DNA of 22,197 nucleotides from a virus: UHGV virus genome UHGV-0363730; one strand, 5' to 3'. Shown piece by piece: positions 16,972 to 22,197 of this stretch (position 1 is its first letter; each line of letters starts with the position of its first letter). The notes under the pieces were generated by a model. It saw only the letters and a program-made list of their open reading frames with translations, ran no database searches and was not told where the DNA came from. The position numbers and the translations under genes were made by a program.

Positions 16972-19513
16972 TCTTGTTATTGACCTGAGTCTGGATGCTG
17001 TCCGTTTCGATGAGCAGATGAGCCGGGTAAGGCGTCATTTTTCAGGTCTGGATACCGACGCCAGAAAAACCGCCAGTGCTGTTGAACAGGGCCTGAGCCG
17101 CCAGGCGCTGGCTGCACAAAAAGCCGGGATTTCCGTCGGGCAGTATAAAGCGGCCATGCGAACCCTGCCCGCACAGTTTACGGATATCGCCACGCAGCTT
17201 GCCGGTGGTCAGAATCCCTGGCTGATCCTGCTGCAACAGGGCGGTCAGGTGAAGGACTCCTTCGGCGGGATGATCCCCATGTTCAGGGGGCTTGCCGGTG
17301 CGATCACCCTGCCGATGGTCGGGGTCACCTCGCTGGCGGTGGCGACAGGTGCGCTGGTGTACGCCTGGTACCAGGGAGATTCCACGCTTTCAGCGTTTAA
17401 TAAAACCCTGGTTCTTTCCGGTAATCAGTCCGGACTGACTGCCGATCGCATGCTGACGCTCTCCAGAGCCGGACAGGCCGCAGGGCTGACGTTTAACCAG
17501 GCGAGTGAGTCACTGGCAGCCCTGGTGAATGCCGGTGTGCGTGGTGGTGAACAGTTTGATGCCATCAACCAGAGTGTCGCGCGTTTTGCTTCTGCATCCG
17601 GTGTGGAGGTGGACAAGGTTGCAGAGGCTTTCGGAAAACTGACCACTGACCCGACGTCGGGGCTGATTGCGATGGCGAAGCAGTTCCATAACGTGACGGC
17701 GGAGCAGATTGCGTATGTTGCTCAGTTGCAGCGTTCCGGCGATGAAGCCGGGGCATTGCAGGCGGCGAACGAGGCCGCAACGAAAGGGTTTGATGACCAG
17801 ACCCGACGCTTGAAAGAGAACATGGGCACGCTGGAAACCTGGGCAGACAGGACAGCACGGGCATTCAAATCCATGTGGGATGCGGTGCTGGATATTGGTC
17901 GTCCTGATACCGCGCAGGAGATGCTGATTAAGGCAGAGGCCGCGTTTAAGAAAGCGGACGATATCTGGAATCTGCGCAAGGATGATTATTTTGTTAACGA
18001 TGAAGCGCGGGCGCGTTACTGGGATGATCGTGAAAAGGCCCGTCTTGCGCTTGAAGCCGCCCGAAAGAAGGCTGAGCAGCAGAGTCAACAGGACAAAAAT
18101 GCGCAGCAGCAGAGCGATACCGAAGCGTCACGGCTGAAATATACCGAAGAGGCGCAGAAGGCTTACGAACGGCTGCAGACGCCGCTGGAGAAATATACCG
18201 CCCGTCAGGAAGAACTGAACAAGGCACTGAAAGACGGGAAAATCCTGCAGGCGGATTACAACACGCTGATGGCGGCGGCGAAAAAGGATTATGAAGCGAC
18301 GCTGAAAAAGCCGAAACAGTCCGGCGTGAAGGTGTCTGCGGGCGATCGTCAGGAAGACAGTGCTCATGCTGCCCTGCTGACGCTTCAGGCAGAACTCCGG
18401 ACGCTGGAGAAGCATGCCGGAGCAAATGAGAAAATCAGCCAGCAGCGCCGGGATTTGTGGAAGGCGGAGAGTCAGTTCGCGGTACTGGAGGAGGCGGCGC
18501 AACGTCGCCAGCTGTCTGCACAGGAGAAATCCCTGCTGGCGCATAAAGATGAGACGCTGGAGTACAAACGCCAGCTGGCTGCACTTGGCGACAAGGTTAC
18601 GTATCAGGAGCGCCTGAACGCGCTGGCGCAGCAGGCGGATAAATTCGCACAGCAGCAACGGGCAAAACGGGCCGCCATTGATGCGAAAAGCCGGGGGCTG
18701 ACTGACCGGCAGGCAGAACGGGAAGCCACGGAACAGCGCCTGAAGGAACAGTATGGCGATAATCCGCTGGCGCTGAATAACGTCATGTCAGAGCAGAAAA
18801 AGACCTGGGCGGCTGAAGACCTGCTTCGCGGGAACTGGATGGCAGGCCTCAGGTCCGGCTGGAGTGAGTGGGAAGAGAGTGCCACGGACAGTATGTCGCA
18901 GGTAAAAAGTGCAGCCACGCAGACCTTTGACGGTATTGCACAGAATATGGCAGCGATGCTGACCGGCAGCGAACAGAACTGGCGTGGTTTCACCCGTTCT
19001 GTGCTGTCCATGCTGACAGAGATTTTTCTGAAGCAGGCGATGGTGGGGATTGTCGGGAGTATCGGCAGCGCTATTGGCGGGGCTGTTGGTGGCGGCGCAT
19101 CCGCGTCAGGCGGTACAGCCATTCAGGCCGCTGCGGCGAAATTCCATTTTGCAACCGGAGGATTTACGGGAACCGGCGGCAAATATGAGCCAGCGGGGAT
19201 TGTTCACCGTGGTGAATTTGTCTTCACGAAGGAGGCAACCAGCCGGATTGGTGTCGGCAACCTGTATCGTCTGATGCGCGGGTATGCGGAAGGTGGTTAT
19301 GTCGGCGGTGCCGGAAGTCCGGCGCAGATGCGGCGGGCCGAAGGTATTAATTTTAATCAGAACAATCACGTGGTGATTCAGAACGACGGTATCAACGGAC
19401 AGGCGGGGTCGCAGCTGATGAAGGCGGTGTATGACATGGCCCGCAAGGGGGCACAGGATGAACTCCGGCTGCAGTTGCGTGATGGCGGTCTGTTATCAGG
19501 GAGCGGTCGATGA
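16952..19513 (+). CDS. H: Tail tape measure protein gpH, 853 aa
   Basis: Same length as lambda H as recalled and near-identical over long stretches; RBS GGGAGG. Confidence 0.95.
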   Translation: MSQPVGDLVIDLSLDAVRFDEQMSRVRRHFSGLDTDARKTASAVEQGLSRQALAAQKAGISVGQYKAAMRTLPAQFTDIATQLAGGQNPWLILLQQGGQVKDSFGGMIPMFRGLAGAITLPMVGVTSLAVATGALVYAWYQGDSTLSAFNKTLVLSGNQSGLTADRMLTLSRAGQAAGLTFNQASESLAALVNAGVRGGEQFDAINQSVARFASASGVEVDKVAEAFGKLTTDPTSGLIAMAKQFHNVTAEQIAYVAQLQRSGDEAGALQAANEAATKGFDDQTRRLKENMGTLETWADRTARAFKSMWDAVLDIGRPDTAQEMLIKAEAAFKKADDIWNLRKDDYFVNDEARARYWDDREKARLALEAARKKAEQQSQQDKNAQQQSDTEASRLKYTEEAQKAYERLQTPLEKYTARQEELNKALKDGKILQADYNTLMAAAKKDYEATLKKPKQSGVKVSAGDRQEDSAHAALLTLQAELRTLEKHAGANEKISQQRRDLWKAESQFAVLEEAAQRRQLSAQEKSLLAHKDETLEYKRQLAALGDKVTYQERLNALAQQADKFAQQQRAKRAAIDAKSRGLTDRQAEREATEQRLKEQYGDNPLALNNVMSEQKKTWAAEDLLRGNWMAGLRSGWSEWEESATDSMSQVKSAATQTFDGIAQNMAAMLTGSEQNWRGFTRSVLSMLTEIFLKQAMVGIVGSIGSAIGGAVGGGASASGGTAIQAAAAKFHFATGGFTGTGGKYEPAGIVHRGEFVFTKEATSRIGVGNLYRLMRGYAEGGYVGGAGSPAQMRRAEGINFNQNNHVVIQNDGINGQAGSQLMKAVYDMARKGAQDELRLQLRDGGLLSGSGR

Positions 19514-19839
19514 AAACCTTTCGCTGGAAAGTGAAGCCGGATATGGAGGTGAACTCGCAGCCATCGGTGCGTGAAGTGCGTTTTGGTGACGGGTACTCAC
19601 AGCGTATGGCGGCAGGGCTGAATGCTGACCTGAAAACATACAGGGTGACGCTTTCCGTGACCCGGGAGGAGGCCCGGCATCTGGAAGCGTTCCTGGCAGA
19701 GCACGGTGGCTGGAAGGCATTTTTGTGGAAGCCACCCTATGCATACCGGCAGATAAAGGTGACCTGTGCCGGGTGGTCTGCGCGGGTCGGGATGTTGCGC
19801 GTTGAGTTCAGCGCGGAGTTTAAGCAGGTGGTGAACTGA
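19510..19839 (+). CDS. M: Minor tail protein gpM, 109 aa
   Basis: Lambda M-like (MKTFRWKVKP…). Confidence 0.9.
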   Translation: MKTFRWKVKPDMEVNSQPSVREVRFGDGYSQRMAAGLNADLKTYRVTLSVTREEARHLEAFLAEHGGWKAFLWKPPYAYRQIKVTCAGWSARVGMLRVEFSAEFKQVVN

Positions 19840-20537
19840 TGCAGGATATTCGCGAAGAAAGTCTGAACGAGTCGGTTAAGTCAGAGCAGTCACCGCGGGT
19901 GGTACTCTGGGAAATCGACCTGACGGTACAGGGTGGTGAGCGGTATTTTTTCTGTAATGAGCTGAATGAAAAAGGGGAGCCGGTCACCTGGCAGGGGCGT
20001 AAGTATGAGGCATACCCGATTGACGGCAGCGGCTTTGAGATGAACGGCCGGGGCAGCAGTGCCAGACCGTCGCTGACGGTGTCCAATCTGTTCGGTCTGG
20101 TCACCGGGATGGCGGAAGACCTGCAGAGTCTGGTGGGGGCCACGGTGGTCCGCCGCCGGGTGTATGCCCGTTTTCTGGATGCGGTGAATTTCGTTGCGGG
20201 CAATCCGGAGGCGGACCCGGAGCAGGAGCTGAGTGACCGCTGGGTGGTGGAGCAGATGTCGCAGCTGACAGCCATGACGGCCTCGTTTGTGCTGGCTACA
20301 CCGACCGAGACGGACGGGGCGCTGTTTCCCGGTCGCATCATGCTGGCGAACACCTGTATGTGGGATTACCGGGGAGATGAATGCGGGTATAACGGTCCTG
20401 CGGTGGCGGATGAGTTCGACAACCCCACCACGGATATCCGTAAGGACAGATGCAGCAAGTGCATGCGCGGGTGTGAGATGCGCGGCATGGTGGCTAATTT
20501 TGGCGGTTTCCTTTCCATTAACAAACTTTCGCAGTAA
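19839..20537 (+). CDS. L: Minor tail protein gpL, 232 aa
   Basis: Lambda L-like; start ATG shares one nucleotide with the M stop (TGATG). Confidence 0.9.
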   Translation: MQDIREESLNESVKSEQSPRVVLWEIDLTVQGGERYFFCNELNEKGEPVTWQGRKYEAYPIDGSGFEMNGRGSSARPSLTVSNLFGLVTGMAEDLQSLVGATVVRRRVYARFLDAVNFVAGNPEADPEQELSDRWVVEQMSQLTAMTASFVLATPTETDGALFPGRIMLANTCMWDYRGDECGYNGPAVADEFDNPTTDIRKDRCSKCMRGCEMRGMVANFGGFLSINKLSQ

Positions 20538-20542
20538 ATCCA

Positions 20543-21286
20543 ATGACACAGACAGAATCAGCGATTCTGGCGCATGCCCGGCGGTGTGTGCCTGCGGAGT
20601 CGTGCGGCTTAGTGGTGAGAACGCCGGAGGGGGAGCGGTATATCCCTTGTGTGAATATCTCTGCAGAGCCGGAGGCGTATTTTCGTATTGCACCGGAAGA
20701 CTGGCTGCGGGCAGAGATGCAGGGGGAGATTGTGGCACTGGTCCACAGTCATCCCGGTGGGCTGCCCTGGCTGAGCGAGGCTGACCGGCGGCTGCAGATA
20801 AAAAGCGCACTGCCCTGGTGGCTGGTCTGCCGGGGTGACATTCACAAATTCCGCTGCGTGCCGCACCTGACGGGACGGCGCTTTGAGCACGGGGTGACGG
20901 ACTGTTACACCCTGTTCCGGGATGCATACCATCTGGCGGGGACTGAAATGCCGGATTTTCATCGCGAGGATGACTGGTGGCGCAACGGTCAGAACCTTTA
21001 CCTGGACAATATGGCGGTCACCGGCTTTTACCGGGTGCCCCTGTCCTCTGCACAGGCGGGCGATATTCTGCTGTGCTGCTTTGGTGCTTCGGTACCGAAC
21101 CATGCCGCCATTTACTGCGGCAACGGTGAGCTGCTTCACCATCTGCCTGAACAACTGAGTAAACGGGAGAGGTATTCCGAAAAATGGCAACGACGAACGC
21201 ATTCTGTCTGGCGTCACCGCCACTGGCACGCATCTGCCTTCACGGGGATTTGCAACGATTTGGCCGCCGCCTCAGCCTGTATGTGA
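20543..21286 (+). CDS. K: Tail tip assembly protein gpK (JAB/MPN metalloprotease-like motif plus NlpC/P60-like region), 247 aa as called
   Basis: JAMM-like motif HSHPGGLPWLSEAD; conserved Cys in DCYTLF and His in NHAAIY; ORF runs 103 nt into the I ORF. Confidence 0.85.
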   Translation: MTQTESAILAHARRCVPAESCGLVVRTPEGERYIPCVNISAEPEAYFRIAPEDWLRAEMQGEIVALVHSHPGGLPWLSEADRRLQIKSALPWWLVCRGDIHKFRCVPHLTGRRFEHGVTDCYTLFRDAYHLAGTEMPDFHREDDWWRNGQNLYLDNMAVTGFYRVPLSSAQAGDILLCCFGASVPNHAAIYCGNGELLHHLPEQLSKRERYSEKWQRRTHSVWRHRHWHASAFTGICNDLAAASACM

Positions 21287-21864
21287 ACACGGCAGCGGAA
21301 GCCATCCGTGCCCTGTCGTTACAGGTGCCGGGCTTTCGCCGTCAGATGAACGAAGGCTGGTACCAGATACGTATTGCCGGTGATGACACGGCACCGGAGG
21401 CGGTGTATGCCCGTCTTCACGAACAGCTGGGTGAGGGAACGGTCATCCACATTGTGCCGCGACTGGCCGGGGCCGGAAAGGGTGGACTGCAGATTGTGCT
21501 GGGGGCGGCAGCCATCGTGGGCTCTTTCTTCACGGCCGGAGGCTCGATGGCGTTATGGGGTACAGCCCTGAGTGCCGGTGGTTTTTCTGCCACCACGATG
21601 CTGTTTTCACTGGGTGCCAGCATGATACTGGGCGGAGTGGCCCAGATGCTGGCCCCGAAGGCAAAAACACCGGATTACCGCGCAACGGATAACGGCAGAC
21701 AGAACACGTACTTTTCCTCGCTGGATAACATGATTGCCCAGGGGAACCCGATGCCGGTGCCTTACGGGGAAATGCTGGTTGGCTCCCGCCGTATATCCCA
21801 GGACATCAGTACCCGTGATGAAGGCGGGGGCGGAAAGGTCGTGGTTATCGGGCGGCAGGGGTAA
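21184..21864 (+). CDS. I: Tail tip assembly protein gpI, 226 aa
   Basis: Lambda I-like (…ARICLHGDLQRFGRR…GAAAIVGSFFTAG…QNTYFSSLDNMIAQGN…); last recognisable lambda-collinear gene in the window. Confidence 0.85.
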   Translation: MATTNAFCLASPPLARICLHGDLQRFGRRLSLYVNTAAEAIRALSLQVPGFRRQMNEGWYQIRIAGDDTAPEAVYARLHEQLGEGTVIHIVPRLAGAGKGGLQIVLGAAAIVGSFFTAGGSMALWGTALSAGGFSATTMLFSLGASMILGGVAQMLAPKAKTPDYRATDNGRQNTYFSSLDNMIAQGNPMPVPYGEMLVGSRRISQDISTRDEGGGGKVVVIGRQG

Positions 21865-21865
21865 A

Positions 21866-21909
21866 AAGAATAAAAAAATCCCGCAGTGATCGCGGACAGG
21901 AACTGCGGG
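21866..21909 (-). terminator. Minus-strand intrinsic terminator just downstream of the I stop
   Basis: Stem CCCGCAGT (21880-21887) / ACTGCGGG (21902-21909); on the minus strand the hairpin is followed by AUUUUUUU (plus A-run 21872-21878). No T-run on the plus side. Confidence 0.5.
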
Positions 21910-21974
21910 AGAGTTACGAAGATTAAGTGTAAGGAATTATTCTTATATCACGACAAAAAAATTAACGCAGAGAA

Positions 21975-22002
21975 ATTATACGCGCCACAGTCAGTTTGTG
22001 AA
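21975..22002 (-). promoter_or_regulatory. Candidate sigma70 promoter on the minus strand (-35 TTCACA, 16-bp spacer, -10 TATAAT)
   Basis: On the minus strand, TTCACA (plus 21997-22002) and consensus TATAAT (plus 21975-21980), with an AT-rich tract upstream; would fire leftward toward the terminator at 21866-21909. Confidence 0.4.
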
Positions 22003-22054
22003 AATGTGAAGATATTCAGAATTTTTATGCCATTACCGGTTTTAACCAACAGGA

Positions 22055-22197
22055 TTATCGGTGGGCATGAAAGAAAACCGTTGCGCGGTAATCCGGTGTT
22101 TTTGCCTTCGGGGCCAGCATCTGGGCCACTCCGCCCAGTATCATGCTGGCACCCAGTGAAAACAGCATCGTGGTGGCAGAAAAACCACCGGCACTCA
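22055..22197 (-). pseudogene. Inverted, 3'-truncated copy of an I-like gene (partial; continues beyond window)
   Basis: Plus 22078-22197 is the exact reverse complement of 21569-21688 inside gene I (120/120 by manual comparison); minus-strand reading gives …MLAPKAKTPDYRAT then VFFHAHR-stop, diverging from I. Confidence 0.6.

Noticed and set aside
1-22197. CRISPR array, integrase/att site, IS element
   Set aside because: No regularly spaced direct repeats, no integrase or transposase-like ORF, and no terminal inverted repeats flanking a transposase were seen; the only large repeat is the inverted I fragment, reported separately.

Overview
This window is the late region of a lambda-like (lambdoid) prophage, most likely from Escherichia coli or a close enterobacterial relative, read from sequence and ORF translations only (no database search was run). 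Gene order on the + strand is collinear with phage lambda: a large nanS-p-type sialate O-acetylesterase (611-2584), two small ORFs, a phage-21-type lysis cassette (pinholin S, SAR endolysin R, Rz with embedded Rz1), a ~1.4 kb low-GC accessory (moron) region, a lambda-type cos site (cosN GGGCGGCGACCT at 6232-6243), then Nu1, A, W, B, C/Nu3, D, E, FI, FII, Z, U, V, G, G-T, H, M, L, K, I. Gene J does not follow I; instead the last 120 bp of the window is an exact inverted copy of an internal segment of I. The best candidates for undescribed biology are in the accessory positions: a lipoprotein carrying a TonB C-terminal domain, a convergent minus-strand pair of small proteins (one secreted and cysteine-rich), a small membrane peptide inserted between R and Rz, an acidic disordered small protein upstream of the holin, and a promoter-plus-terminator unit downstream of I that could specify a ~100-nt sRNA. 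No tRNA, CRISPR array, integrase, IS element or stx genes were recognised.
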